Positions 18,203-28,031 are shown, counted from the stretch's first letter. The stretch is 64,000 nt of DNA from Myxococcota bacterium (GCA_041389495.1 JAWKRT010000002.1:960405-1024404); one strand, 5' to 3'. The notes: generated from the letters alone by a model not told the origin. Numbers and translations are program-made.

Positions 18203-19288
18203 ATGACCTATCGCGTGATCCAGTGGGCCACGGGCGGCGTCGGTCGCTCCTCGATCTCCGCCATCGCGACGCACCCCGAGCTCGAGCTCGTCGGCTGCTG
18301 GGTGCACGGCGCGGACAAGGAAGGCAGGGACGCGGGCGAGCTCGCCGGGATCGGAAAGCTCGGTGTCGCGGCGACGCGCGACGTCGACGCGCTGCTCGCG
18401 ATCGACGCCGACTGCGTCGTCTACAGCCCCGTGATCGCGAACCCCGAGGAGATCCGCCGCATCCTCGAGTCGGGCAAGAACGTCGTGACGCCGCTCGGCT
18501 GGTTCTACCCGAAGTCGCTCGACACGACGAAGCTCGAGGCGGCGTGCAGGAAGGGCAACGCGACGCTGCACGGGACGGGCATCCACCCGGGCGGCATCAC
18601 CGAGCGCTTCCCGCTCGTGGTGTCGGCGCTCTCGACGCGCATCACGCACGTGCGCGCCGAGGAGTTCAGCGACATCCGCAGCTATGCCGCGCCCCAGGTC
18701 GTCGGCGACGTGATGCTCTTCGGGAAGACGCCCGACGAGGCCGTGAAGAGCCCGATGGTGAAGCTCCTCGGCGCGGGCTTCCTGCAGTCGGTCGACATGG
18801 TGGCCGACGCGATCGGCGTCGAGCTCGACCCCGAGCGCCGCATCGTCCACCAGATCGCGGTCGCGACGAAGCCGATCGAGAACACGCCGATCGGCACGAT
18901 CGCCGAGGGGCGCGTCGCCGGGCAGCGCTTCCAGTGGCAGGGCACGAAGGACGGCGAGCCCGTCGTGTCGGCGATCGTGAACTGGATGATGGGCGACCAG
19001 CACCTCGCGCCCGCCGGCGCGGCCCACGAGGTGCCGCACGGCTGGCGCTTCGGCAGCGAGGGCGAGCGCTTCGAGGTCGAGGTGACGGGCGAGCCGCCCG
19101 TGCACCTCACGTTCCACGGCCTGCACCCGACGACGCTCGACCAGGATCCGAACCCCGGTGTCCAGGCGACCGCGCTGCACTGCGTGAACGCCGTGCCGTT
19201 CGTGTGCCGCGCGGAGCCCGGGATCAAGACGTATCTCGACCTGCCGCCCTACTGGGGCACCGCGCACCCGCGGCTGCGGAGTCGTTAG
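18203..19288 (+). CDS. NAD(P)-binding DapB-like oxidoreductase (amine/2,4-diaminopentanoate dehydrogenase-like family)
   Basis: 361 aa. The N-terminal Rossmann segment is YRVIQWATGGVGRSSI, and GKNVVT and HGTGIHPGG motifs follow. Confidence 0.75.
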   Translation: MTYRVIQWATGGVGRSSISAIATHPELELVGCWVHGADKEGRDAGELAGIGKLGVAATRDVDALLAIDADCVVYSPVIANPEEIRRILESGKNVVTPLGWFYPKSLDTTKLEAACRKGNATLHGTGIHPGGITERFPLVVSALSTRITHVRAEEFSDIRSYAAPQVVGDVMLFGKTPDEAVKSPMVKLLGAGFLQSVDMVADAIGVELDPERRIVHQIAVATKPIENTPIGTIAEGRVAGQRFQWQGTKDGEPVVSAIVNWMMGDQHLAPAGAAHEVPHGWRFGSEGERFEVEVTGEPPVHLTFHGLHPTTLDQDPNPGVQATALHCVNAVPFVCRAEPGIKTYLDLPPYWGTAHPRLRSR

Positions 19289-19351
19289 GCGCCCGCCGCG
19301 GCGCGCTCGGCGCGCTCGGCGCGCTCGTCGGGCCGAGCGGGTCAGCGCGGG

Positions 19352-21445
19352 TCAGCGCGCGGCGACGCGCTCGCGCCCGCCGCCGTCGGGCGCGTACCAG
19401 ACGGGCGAGGTGATCGCGCGCTCCTGGATGGTCTTCGGGAACGCCGGGTCGTCGCAGAGCGCGGGCCGCGCGGCGGGCGACGTGCGCAGGCACTCCCAGG
19501 TCGTCCAGCGGCAGCTCGGGTTCTCGACCGCGCGCGCGTAGTAGACGGCCGCGCGCGTCGGGTCGAAGTCGGGGTCGGTCCACACGCTGCAGAGCGCGTC
19601 GGCGCCCGGGCCGGTCGGCGTGCAGGTGGCGAGGTCGACGCCCGCGCCGTTGCCGGCATCGCCCGCGACGTCGTAGACCGCCTGGTGCGTCGCGCCGTCG
19701 TCGTCGACCCAGCCCTTCACGATCTGCAGGCGCTGCAGCCGGCCGCCCGGCCACTGCGCGGTGCCCGGGTCGCGCAGCGCGCTCGCCGCGAAGGTCGGTG
19801 CGGCGCCGGCGCGCGCGGGCCGCGGCGGGAGGTCGCCGCCCATCGGCACGCCCTGTGCGTCGGCGGCGGCCGCGAAGTCGGCGCGCGCGCACAGGTCGGG
19901 CGCGAGGTCCCAGCCCGCGTAGAGGCGCGGCTCGATGCGCGGCCCCGTCGTCGCGAACGTCTCGCGCCGCTTCATCGCGTCGAAGAGGGCGTCGCGCGTG
20001 TTCTCCTCGGCGTAGACGCCGACGAGGCCGCCGGGCGCGCGCGCGGGCCACGCCATGATGCCCGACTCCTCCGGCTCGAGGCGCTCGGCGGCGGTCGCGT
20101 CGAGCAGGCAGCAGCCGTCGTAGGAGTACTCCTCGACGTCGCCGGGCGTCGAGTTGTGCGTGTCGGTGCTGCCGATCATGCCGAACGCGTACGGGTTGAC
20201 GCCGATGCGCTCGCGCTCGCGCAGCCCCTCGACGAGCGCATAACGAGCGAAGTCGAGCGTGCTCTCGCACCCGCGCCCCGCCATCGCGCCCGCGCCGACC
20301 GCGCCCGGCGCGCACGGCGCGAACTCGCGGCCGAACGCGCTGCGGATCTTCTCGAAGCCGCACAGCTCGTCCTCGTCACCGAGCACGTCGGGCCGGCCCA
20401 TCGCGCACTCCGAGTCGCCCTTGATCTGCGTCACCTCGACGAGGGGCTCGAGCGCGGCGCGCAGGCGCGCGCGGCGCTGCTGCTCGGCCGGCGGCTCGTC
20501 CAGGTAGTCGAGCGTGAACATGCGGCCGTTCGAGAGGTTCGGGTTGTGCGGGATGGCGAGCGCCTCGCAGCCGCTCCCCGTCGCGTTGCAGCGCGCCTCG
20601 AGCTTCTCCCACAAGTCGAGCGCGGTCGGCGCGTCGATGAACGAGATCGGCAGCTCGGGGGCGATCTCGTTCCGCAGGACGACGTTGCGGTGCACCTTGG
20701 ACTGGCCGGGCGAGCGGCTGTACTCCCAGGCCTGGAAGGTCGTGAACGCGCACGCGCTCGAGCGGTCGTAGTGGCGCTCGGCGGCGTCGCGCGTCTCCTG
20801 CCACGCGCGCGCGGCCCACGCGCGGCAGAGCGCGCCGTCCTCGCCGCACAGCGCGGCCTTGCGGCCGCCGACGAGGTCGACGACGCTGAACGCCTTCGCG
20901 AGGTTGCCCGCGCCGATCGCGCGCAGCGCGAAGGTCGCGAGCGACGCCTCCTCGCCGCGGTACACGCGGCATGCGCGCGCGTCGTAGGCGGGCGAGTCGG
21001 GCCGCGTGCAGAGCGCGACCTCGGCGAGCCACTCCGCGTGGTCGGTGACGGCCGCGAAGTCGAGCGGGCGCTCGAGGCGCGCCGAGCGCGTGCCGCCGCC
21101 CTGCGCGTCGAACGGCCCGAGCGCGATCGCCTCGCCGCGCGCGAAGCGGTAGGCGTCGTCGGGCGTCGTCACGAGCCCGCGCGAGGCCGCGTCGAACGAG
21201 AAGCCCGTGTGGACGTGGAGGTCGCCGAAGAACGCGCGCCGGTGCGGGCTCCGCTCCGCGCACGGGGCGCGCGCGGCGAGCGGCGCCGGCGCGGCCGGCG
21301 CCGACGGCGGCTGCCACTCGAAGCCCTCGAACTCGGTCGGGACGAAGGAGGCGCAGGCCGCCGCGGCGGCGAGCGCGGCGGCGACGCCGGCCCGGCGGCG
21401 CGCCGCCGGGCCGCGCGCGGAGCGGCGAAGTGCGGAGCGCGTCAC
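19352..21445 (-). CDS. DUF3604 family protein (PHP-like metal-dependent enzyme), probable lipoprotein
   Basis: 697 aa with the hallmark FFGDLHVHTGFSFDA. The signal/lipobox-like segment is AAALAAAAACASF. The protein has many Cys residues. Confidence 0.82.
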   Translation of the reverse strand: MTRSALRRSARGPAARRRAGVAAALAAAAACASFVPTEFEGFEWQPPSAPAAPAPLAARAPCAERSPHRRAFFGDLHVHTGFSFDAASRGLVTTPDDAYRFARGEAIALGPFDAQGGGTRSARLERPLDFAAVTDHAEWLAEVALCTRPDSPAYDARACRVYRGEEASLATFALRAIGAGNLAKAFSVVDLVGGRKAALCGEDGALCRAWAARAWQETRDAAERHYDRSSACAFTTFQAWEYSRSPGQSKVHRNVVLRNEIAPELPISFIDAPTALDLWEKLEARCNATGSGCEALAIPHNPNLSNGRMFTLDYLDEPPAEQQRRARLRAALEPLVEVTQIKGDSECAMGRPDVLGDEDELCGFEKIRSAFGREFAPCAPGAVGAGAMAGRGCESTLDFARYALVEGLRERERIGVNPYAFGMIGSTDTHNSTPGDVEEYSYDGCCLLDATAAERLEPEESGIMAWPARAPGGLVGVYAEENTRDALFDAMKRRETFATTGPRIEPRLYAGWDLAPDLCARADFAAAADAQGVPMGGDLPPRPARAGAAPTFAASALRDPGTAQWPGGRLQRLQIVKGWVDDDGATHQAVYDVAGDAGNGAGVDLATCTPTGPGADALCSVWTDPDFDPTRAAVYYARAVENPSCRWTTWECLRTSPAARPALCDDPAFPKTIQERAITSPVWYAPDGGGRERVAAR

Positions 21446-21528
21446 GGCGGCGGGCCTCCCGGCAGGCGCGTCCGGGGGCGGGCGCGCGGTGGGGCGACGG
21501 TAGTCGAGGCGTCGCCGGACGTCCGCGG

Positions 21529-21570
21529 CGAAGCACTCGATTCAACCACTTGCTTGAATCGAGTGCTTCG
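21529..21570. promoter_or_regulatory. candidate TetR operator: perfect 17-bp inverted repeat cgaagcactcgattcaa-N8-ttgaatcgagtgcttcg
   Basis: Perfect palindrome arms read directly. It is locally AT-richer and lies in the divergent region between the DUF3604 gene (start 21445) and the TetR gene. Confidence 0.6.
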
Positions 21571-21586
21571 CGTAGCGTGCGCCGCC

Positions 21587-22369
21587 GTGCCCCCCGCCGA
21601 CACCCGCACGCGCATCCTCGACCGCGCCGAGCGCCTGTTCGCCGAGAGCGGCTTCGAGGGCGTCTCGCTGCGCGAGGTCGGGCGCGCGGCGCGCGTGAAC
21701 TCGGCCGCCGTCCACTACCACTTCGGGTCGCGCGAGGCGCTCGTCGAAGCCGTCGTCCTGCGCCGCATGGAGGCCGTCCAGCGCCGGCGCCGCGAGCTGC
21801 TCGACGCGCTCGTCGCCGAGGGCGCGGCGCGCTCCGTCCGCCGCCTGCTCGGCGTGCTCGTCGACCCGCTCGTCGAGCTCGTGCTGCGCGAGCCGCGCGC
21901 GGGTCGCGCCTACGTGCGGCTCCTCGCGCGCCTCTACGCCGACCGCAAGGCCGACGCCTACGCGCTCGCGATGCGCCACTTCGGCGAGGTGCACACCGAG
22001 CTCGGCCACCACCTCGCGCGCGCGCTGCCCGACGTGCCGCCGCCCGTGCTCGCGCGGCGCATCGCGCTGTGCGTGCAGGCCACGCTCGCGACGCTCGCCG
22101 ACCCGGCGCCCTACGCCGTCGCGCGCGCGGCGGGCGTGCCGCCCGACGCGCCCGACGCCGTCGCGCGCGAGCTCGTCGACTTCATGGCCGGCGGCCTGTG
22201 CGCGCCGGCCGGCGCGCGCGGCGACGAGGTCGCCGCGTCCGCGTCCGATGTGCGCTCCGCGCGCGCCGCATCCCCCGCGAGCGCGGCGCGCGCCGCCTCG
22301 CCGTACGACGTCCACGCGCCCGACCCCGGCTCGCTCGTGCGAGCGGGTGAGCAGGAGAGAGCCGGATGA
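21587..22369 (+). CDS. TetR/AcrR family transcriptional regulator
   Basis: The HTH region is TRTRILDRAERLFAESGFEGVSLREVGRAARVNSAAVHYHFGSREAL. The start is GTG 21587, with 21563 as an alternative that lies inside the palindrome. The stop overlaps the next ATG. Confidence 0.85.
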   Translation: MPPADTRTRILDRAERLFAESGFEGVSLREVGRAARVNSAAVHYHFGSREALVEAVVLRRMEAVQRRRRELLDALVAEGAARSVRRLLGVLVDPLVELVLREPRAGRAYVRLLARLYADRKADAYALAMRHFGEVHTELGHHLARALPDVPPPVLARRIALCVQATLATLADPAPYAVARAAGVPPDAPDAVARELVDFMAGGLCAPAGARGDEVAASASDVRSARAASPASAARAASPYDVHAPDPGSLVRAGEQERAG

Positions 22370-23565
22370 CGCCCCCGCAGATCGACTACTGGATCCACGA
22401 CGCCGACAACCACTACTACGAGCCCGACGACTTCTGCACCCGCCACATCGAGGAGCGGTACAGGAAGGCGACGTGCTGGCTCGATCGCGTCGAGCCCGGC
22501 GTGCCGGCGCGCATGTACGTCGGCGACGAGCGCTGCGAGTTCTACAGCGTGGGCGCGGGCGACTCGATCGGCCGGCCCGGCGTGATGAAGGCGTTCCTCA
22601 AGGGCCAGGTCGACGAGGGCGGGAGCCCGTCGCTCGCGCCGCACTTCGCACTCGGCGTGCCCGAGTTCGTCGACCGGCGCGCGCGGCTCGCGAAGATGGA
22701 CGAGCAGCGCGTCGAGCGGACGCTGATGCTGCCGTCGGCCGGCATCGGCCTCGTGCCGCAGCTCGCGCAGCCGAAGCACCGCGAGGTGATGATCCCGACG
22801 CTGCGCGCGTTCAACCGCTGGCTCGAGGAAGACTGGGGCTACGGCGCCGACGGGCGCATCTACGGCGCGCCGCTCGTCGCGCTGCAGGAGCTCGAGGACG
22901 GGCTCGCGGAAGTCGATCGCGTGATCGCGGCGGGCGCGCGCTTCGTGTGCCTGATGGCGGGCCCGATCGACGGGCTCTCGCCCGGCGATCCGCGCTTCGA
23001 CCCGTTCTGGGCGCGCGTCGAGGAGGCGCGCGTCGGGGTCGTGTTCCACATCGGGAGCACGACGGTCGAGCGCGCGTACAACACGGCGTGGGGCCTGCGG
23101 GCGGCGCCGCCCTCGCACCGCCACTCGCTCATGGAGTACGCGCTCTCGTTCACCGAGCGGCCGGTCGCCGACACGCTCACCGCGCTCGTCGCCGACAACG
23201 TGTTCGGCCGCTTCCCCGGTCTGCGCGTCCTCTCGGTCGAGTACGGCTCGAGCTGGGTCGCGCCGCTGCTGCGCAAGCTCGACGCGATCGCGCGCCTCTA
23301 CAGCAAGGACCTCTGGCGCTTCGGGCGCCCGCCCGGAACGCCGAGCGAGCTCTTCCGACGCCACGTCTGGGTGTCGCCGTTCTTCGAGGACGACGTGCCC
23401 GCGCTCGCGCGCACGATCGGGGCCGAGCGCGTGCTCGGCGGCTCCGACTATCCGCACCCCGAGTGCCTGCTGTGGCCGATGGAGTTCGCGGAGGAGCTCG
23501 GCGGCATGAGCGACGCCGACGTTCGCCGCGTGCTGCGCGACAACTTCGAGGAGCTCGTCGCCTGA
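22366..23565 (+). CDS. amidohydrolase-2 (ACMSD-like) family metal-dependent hydrolase
   Basis: 399 aa. It carries IDYWIHDADNHYYEP, VVFHIGS and GGSDYPHPE motifs. ATGA couples it to the TetR gene. Confidence 0.82.
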   Translation: MTPPQIDYWIHDADNHYYEPDDFCTRHIEERYRKATCWLDRVEPGVPARMYVGDERCEFYSVGAGDSIGRPGVMKAFLKGQVDEGGSPSLAPHFALGVPEFVDRRARLAKMDEQRVERTLMLPSAGIGLVPQLAQPKHREVMIPTLRAFNRWLEEDWGYGADGRIYGAPLVALQELEDGLAEVDRVIAAGARFVCLMAGPIDGLSPGDPRFDPFWARVEEARVGVVFHIGSTTVERAYNTAWGLRAAPPSHRHSLMEYALSFTERPVADTLTALVADNVFGRFPGLRVLSVEYGSSWVAPLLRKLDAIARLYSKDLWRFGRPPGTPSELFRRHVWVSPFFEDDVPALARTIGAERVLGGSDYPHPECLLWPMEFAEELGGMSDADVRRVLRDNFEELVA

Positions 23566-23618
23566 CGCCCCGGCCCGCTCGCAGTGCGCGCGCCGCGAGC
23601 CCGGCGCGCGCCGTCGCT

Positions 23619-25577
23619 GTGGCTCGCGCGCTGCGCGTCGCCGTCGCCGGCATTGCGGCCGTGCTCGTCCTGCGCGCGCCGCCGGCGCGCGCAGCCGCGG
23701 ACGACGCGCCGCCCGCGCGCGCGACGGCCGAGGGCGCGCCGCCCGCGCGCGCGGCGCGCGAAGCGCCGCTCGCGTCCGACCGCGGCCCGGGCTACGCGCG
23801 CACGACCTGGGCGACGCTCCACGCGGACTCGAGCAACTCGGACTTCGCGCCGTTCGCGACCGCGACCGACGTCGTGCCGCGCTGGCGCGCGCTCGAGGGC
23901 GCGGGGATCGTCGTCGCGCCCGTCGTCGCGAGCGACGGGCGGCTCTTCGTGACGACGGGGCGCGGCGCCGGCCAGGCGTCGCTGCACGCGCTGTCGCCGG
24001 ACGGCGACGTCGTGTGGGAGACCGACGCGGTCGATTCCGGCGCCGTGCTGAGCGCGCCCGTGCTCGACGAGGACGGCGACGTCTACGTCGGCGACGTCGA
24101 CGAGTTCCACGCCTATCATCCGGACGGCCGTCGGAAGTGGGTCGCGACGCTCGCCGAGTACGGCGCGCGCGGCCCGTTCGTCACCGGCATCGTCGTCGGC
24201 GACCGGGTCGGCGGCATCACCGTGCACGGACAGGCGATGCTCTTCGAGCGCGCGAGCGGCGCGCTCGCGATGCCCGTGCTCGAGCTGCCCGGCGGCGCGA
24301 GCCCGCTGGGGCCCGTTCCCGGCTTCCTGTGGCGCAACGGGCTCGTCGACCCCGATCTCCGGACGCTCCTGCTCGAGGCGTTGCTCGGGTACCGCTACGA
24401 GGTCACGAACACGCCCGCCGTGCATCCCGAGACGGGGCGCATCTACCTGATGGCCGCGGGGCCGACGGTCGAGGAGGGCGCGTTCTACGGCATCGACGTC
24501 GTCGACGACGACGCGGGCGCGCCGTCGATGCGGATCGCGTTCGCGACGCCGACGGCGCCGGGCACGGGCACGAGCCCCGCGATCTCGCCCGACGGGCGCC
24601 GCGTCTACGCGTTCGGCGGCAAGGGCGAGATCTTCGCGATCGACGCGGACACGGGCGAGGTGGTGTTCGAGCGCGCGGTGGGCGGCATGCAGGCGTCGCC
24701 CGCGGTCGCGCCGGACGGCAGCGTGTACGTGATGGCCGAGCGCTGGCTGCGCAAGCTCGACGGCGCGACGGGCGACGAGATCTGGTCGCGCGAGTACGAC
24801 GCGCTCGCGCGCGACGAGCTGCCCGCGGTGAGCCGGCTGTGGCCGTTCGTGCGCACGGGCGAGCCGGTCGCGCGCCTCGACAGCGTCGTCACCGTGACGC
24901 CGAACGCGGTGTGGGCCGTGTTGCTATGCGGGTACGAGCTGCGCATCGCGGGCCGCGACCTGGTGCAGGCGACGCGGAGCTTCCTCGTCTCGATCGACCC
25001 GCGCACGGGCGCGCTGCTGCACGCGCGCCCGCTCCCCGACACGAGCGAGGGCGTCGTCTCGGTGGGCCGCGAGGGCGAGCTGTACGTCGACCTGCTCGCG
25101 ATCCAGGCGTCGGTCGCGGCGGAGGCGCCCTACCGCTTCCTGCTGCCGGGCGCGCTGCGGCCGCCCGCGCCGCGCGGCGGCATCGTCGCGTTCGCGCCCG
25201 CTCACCTGCGCGAGCAGATCGGCGTCGGCCTCGGCTCTGCGGGGCGGCTGCTCGCGAGCGCCGCCGCGCGACCGCCGGAGTCGGAGGCGCGCGCCCGGCC
25301 GCTCGCGCAGGCGCGCGCGCAGCTCGACGCGACGCGCGCGACGATGGCGCGCGCGCGCGAGCGCGGCGAGCTCGGCGACGCCGAGATGCACGATCTCGGC
25401 GCCGCCGTCGACGACGCGGTGCGCGCCGCGAGCGCGTGTGCCGCGGCGGAGCCGGAGCCCGACGAGCGGGCCGAATGCGCAGCTCTCGGCGCCAGGGCGC
25501 GCACGCTCGAAGCCTTCGGCGGCGCCTTCCACCGGGCCCTCGGCGCCCGCGCGGCACGCGCCGACGAGGAGGCTTGA
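23619..25577 (+). CDS. secreted PQQ-like beta-propeller repeat protein with C-terminal helical tail
   Basis: Repeated motifs are DGDVVWETDA, DGRRKWVATL, DTGEVVFERA and ATGDEIWSRE. The signal-like N-terminus is ARALRVAVAGIAAVLVLRAPPARA. The GTG 23619 start is inferred. Confidence 0.72.
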   Translation: MARALRVAVAGIAAVLVLRAPPARAAADDAPPARATAEGAPPARAAREAPLASDRGPGYARTTWATLHADSSNSDFAPFATATDVVPRWRALEGAGIVVAPVVASDGRLFVTTGRGAGQASLHALSPDGDVVWETDAVDSGAVLSAPVLDEDGDVYVGDVDEFHAYHPDGRRKWVATLAEYGARGPFVTGIVVGDRVGGITVHGQAMLFERASGALAMPVLELPGGASPLGPVPGFLWRNGLVDPDLRTLLLEALLGYRYEVTNTPAVHPETGRIYLMAAGPTVEEGAFYGIDVVDDDAGAPSMRIAFATPTAPGTGTSPAISPDGRRVYAFGGKGEIFAIDADTGEVVFERAVGGMQASPAVAPDGSVYVMAERWLRKLDGATGDEIWSREYDALARDELPAVSRLWPFVRTGEPVARLDSVVTVTPNAVWAVLLCGYELRIAGRDLVQATRSFLVSIDPRTGALLHARPLPDTSEGVVSVGREGELYVDLLAIQASVAAEAPYRFLLPGALRPPAPRGGIVAFAPAHLREQIGVGLGSAGRLLASAAARPPESEARARPLAQARAQLDATRATMARARERGELGDAEMHDLGAAVDDAVRAASACAAAEPEPDERAECAALGARARTLEAFGGAFHRALGARAARADEEA

Positions 25578-25737
25578 GAAAGCCGCGCCAGTGCGCGACA
25601 ACATGGCCCCCGACGACGACGGGCAGTCCCAGGCACGCGCCGGGCGAGCCCGCGCGGGGGCATCCCGCAGCCGCTCGAGCCTTCCGCTCGCGCGCGCTGG
25701 AGCGAGCGCGAGAGCGAGCGCGAAAGAGAGAGATCGC

Positions 25738-26820
25738 ATGCACTTCGGCTTGAGCGAGGAGCAGGAGCTCCTGCAGGAGACCGTGCGCGGCTTCGCCGCG
25801 GGAGAATGTCCCGCCGACGTCCTGCGCAAGCACTTCGACGCGGCGACGGGCTTCGACGCGGAGCTGTGGCGCGGGCTCGCGGAGATCGGCGTCGCCGGCC
25901 TCGCGATTCCCGAGGCCTACGGCGGCGCAGGCATGGAGTGGCTCGACCTCGCGCTCGTCGCCGAGATCGTGGGCGAGGGCGGGCTTCCCGTTCCGCTGCT
26001 CGGCCACGCGCTCGCCGCGCGCGCGATCGCGCTCGGCGGCAGCGACGCGCAGAAGGAGAAGTGGCTGCCCGCGCTCGCGAGCGGCGAGGCGATCGGCGCG
26101 GTCGCGTTCGCGGAAGAGGGCGACGCCTGGGAGCCCGAGACCTTCACGGCGCGAGTCGCGAACGGTGTACTGACGGGCCGCAAGAAGTACGCGACCGATG
26201 CAAACGAAGCGAACCTGTTCGTCGTCGGCGTCGAGGGCGGCGGGCTCGCGGTGGTCGAGCGCGGCGCTTCGGGCTTCGCGATCGAACGCGTCGGCTCGAT
26301 CGATCACACGCGTCAGCTCGGCGATCTCGCGTTCGCGAACACGCCGTGCGAGCCGCTCGCGAACTCGTCGATCGACGTCGCGCGCAAGGTGCGCGATGCC
26401 GGCCTCGTGCTGCTCGCCGCCGACGCGTACGGCGCGGCCGCGCGGCTCGTCGCGATCACGAACGAGTACGCGAAGTCGCGCAAGCAGTTCGGCCAGCCGA
26501 TCGCGCAGTTCCAGTCCGTGAAGCACCAGCTCGCCGACCTCGCGACCCAGCACGAGTGCGCGCGCGGTCTCCTCTGGTATGCGGGCCACGCGATCGACCA
26601 CCTGCCGAAGGAGTCCATGCGCCAGGCCGCGCTCGCGAAGTCGCACATCTGCGACGTCGCCGCGTGGATCGGCCGCGAGGCGATCGAGCTGCACGGCGGG
26701 CTCGGCTTCACGTGGGAGTGCGACGTCCACATCCACCTGAAGCGCGTGATGTTCGACCGCTCCTATCTCGGCACGCCCGAGCACCATCGGCGCCGGATCG
26801 CGCTGCAGGAGGGCTGGTAG
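25738..26820 (+). CDS. acyl-CoA dehydrogenase family protein (small subunit-like)
   Basis: 360 aa starting at ATG 25738 (MHFGLSEEQELLQETVR). It has RKQFGQPIAQFQSVKH and ELHGGLGFTWE motifs. Confidence 0.9.
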   Translation: MHFGLSEEQELLQETVRGFAAGECPADVLRKHFDAATGFDAELWRGLAEIGVAGLAIPEAYGGAGMEWLDLALVAEIVGEGGLPVPLLGHALAARAIALGGSDAQKEKWLPALASGEAIGAVAFAEEGDAWEPETFTARVANGVLTGRKKYATDANEANLFVVGVEGGGLAVVERGASGFAIERVGSIDHTRQLGDLAFANTPCEPLANSSIDVARKVRDAGLVLLAADAYGAAARLVAITNEYAKSRKQFGQPIAQFQSVKHQLADLATQHECARGLLWYAGHAIDHLPKESMRQAALAKSHICDVAAWIGREAIELHGGLGFTWECDVHIHLKRVMFDRSYLGTPEHHRRRIALQEGW

Positions 26821-26822
26821 CG

Positions 26823-28022
26823 ATGGATCTCAAGTACGGTGCCGAGTACGAGGCGTATCGCGAAGAGCTGCGCCGCTTCCTCGCGACGTGGCCGCCTTCG
26901 GGCGAGGACGCGAAGCTGCCCTTCGTCGAACAGGAGCGGCGCTTCCGCGAGAAGGCGATCGAGCGCGGCTATCTCTACCGCGACATCCCGAAGGCCTACG
27001 GCGGCTCCGAGCAGCCGAGCGACCCGCTGCGCGAGCGCATCATCATGGAGGAGTTCGCGAAGGCCTCCGTTCCGTTCCGTGCGATGTCGCAGGGCCCCGC
27101 GATGCTGGTCCCGACGCTGCTCGAGTTCGGCAACGAGGAGCAGCGCAAGAAGTACATCCCGCCGACGCTCGCGGGCGAGATGCGCTGGTGCCAGGGCTAC
27201 AGCGAGCCGGGCTCGGGCAGCGACCTGGCATCGCTGCAGTGCAAGGCCGAGCTCGTCGGCGACGAGTTCGTGCTCACCGGGCAGAAGATCTGGACCAGCA
27301 CCGCGCGCGAGTGCCAGATGATGTTCGGCCTCTTCCGCACCGAGCCCGACGCGCCCAAGCACGCGGGCATCTCGTACCTGCTCGTTCCGATGGACCAGCC
27401 CGGCCTCGAGGTGCGGCCGCTCAAGCAGCTGACGGGCAGCGATGAGTTCAACGAGGTCTTCTTCGACGGCGCGCGCACGCACGTCTCGAACCTCGTCGGC
27501 AAGCGCGGCGAAGGCTGGAGCGTCTCGCGCGCGACGCTCAAGCACGAACGCAAGCTGATCGGGAACCCGCGGCTCATGATGATGCAGTTCGAGCTGATCG
27601 TGTCGCTCGCGCGACAGGTGAAGCGCAATGGTCGCCCCGCGATCGAGGACCCGGCCGTGCAGGTCGAGCTCGCGCGGCTCGAGGGCTACGTGCGCGCGAG
27701 CGAGACGTGCAACATGCGCATGCTGTCGGCCGAGCTCAACGGCGAGCTCGGCAAGGTCGTCGGGCCGATGATGATGATCAAGCTCTTCACGACGAAGGCG
27801 AGCGAGATGCTCGCGCAGTTCGCCTACGACCTCGCGGGCGGCGACGGGCTGCTCGACATCGAGGTGCCCGACCACGGCGTCTGGTCGACGCGCGCGGACG
27901 CGCGCGCCGTGATCCACAACTATCTCTTCTCGAAGGGCCCGTCGATCGCCGGCGGCGCCTCCAACATCCAGCGCAACATCGTCGGCGAGCGCGTCCTCGG
28001 GCTGCCGCGCGACCGACACTAG
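26823..28022 (+). CDS. acyl-CoA dehydrogenase family protein
   Basis: 399 aa, starting 2 nt after the previous stop. It has WCQGYSEPGSGSDLASL and IAGGASNIQRNIVGERVLGLP motifs. Confidence 0.9.
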   Translation: MDLKYGAEYEAYREELRRFLATWPPSGEDAKLPFVEQERRFREKAIERGYLYRDIPKAYGGSEQPSDPLRERIIMEEFAKASVPFRAMSQGPAMLVPTLLEFGNEEQRKKYIPPTLAGEMRWCQGYSEPGSGSDLASLQCKAELVGDEFVLTGQKIWTSTARECQMMFGLFRTEPDAPKHAGISYLLVPMDQPGLEVRPLKQLTGSDEFNEVFFDGARTHVSNLVGKRGEGWSVSRATLKHERKLIGNPRLMMMQFELIVSLARQVKRNGRPAIEDPAVQVELARLEGYVRASETCNMRMLSAELNGELGKVVGPMMMIKLFTTKASEMLAQFAYDLAGGDGLLDIEVPDHGVWSTRADARAVIHNYLFSKGPSIAGGASNIQRNIVGERVLGLPRDRH

Positions 28023-28031
28023 GAGCTCGCG

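Noticed and set aside
19289-19351. Short tandem repeats (gcgcgctcg x3, gggtcagcgc x2) between convergent genes, considered as a CRISPR-like or VNTR feature.
   Set aside because: There are only 2-3 copies of 9-10 bp with no spacers, so this is ordinary GC-rich low complexity. At most it forms a weak 6-bp hairpin (cgctcg/cgagcg) that could help termination.
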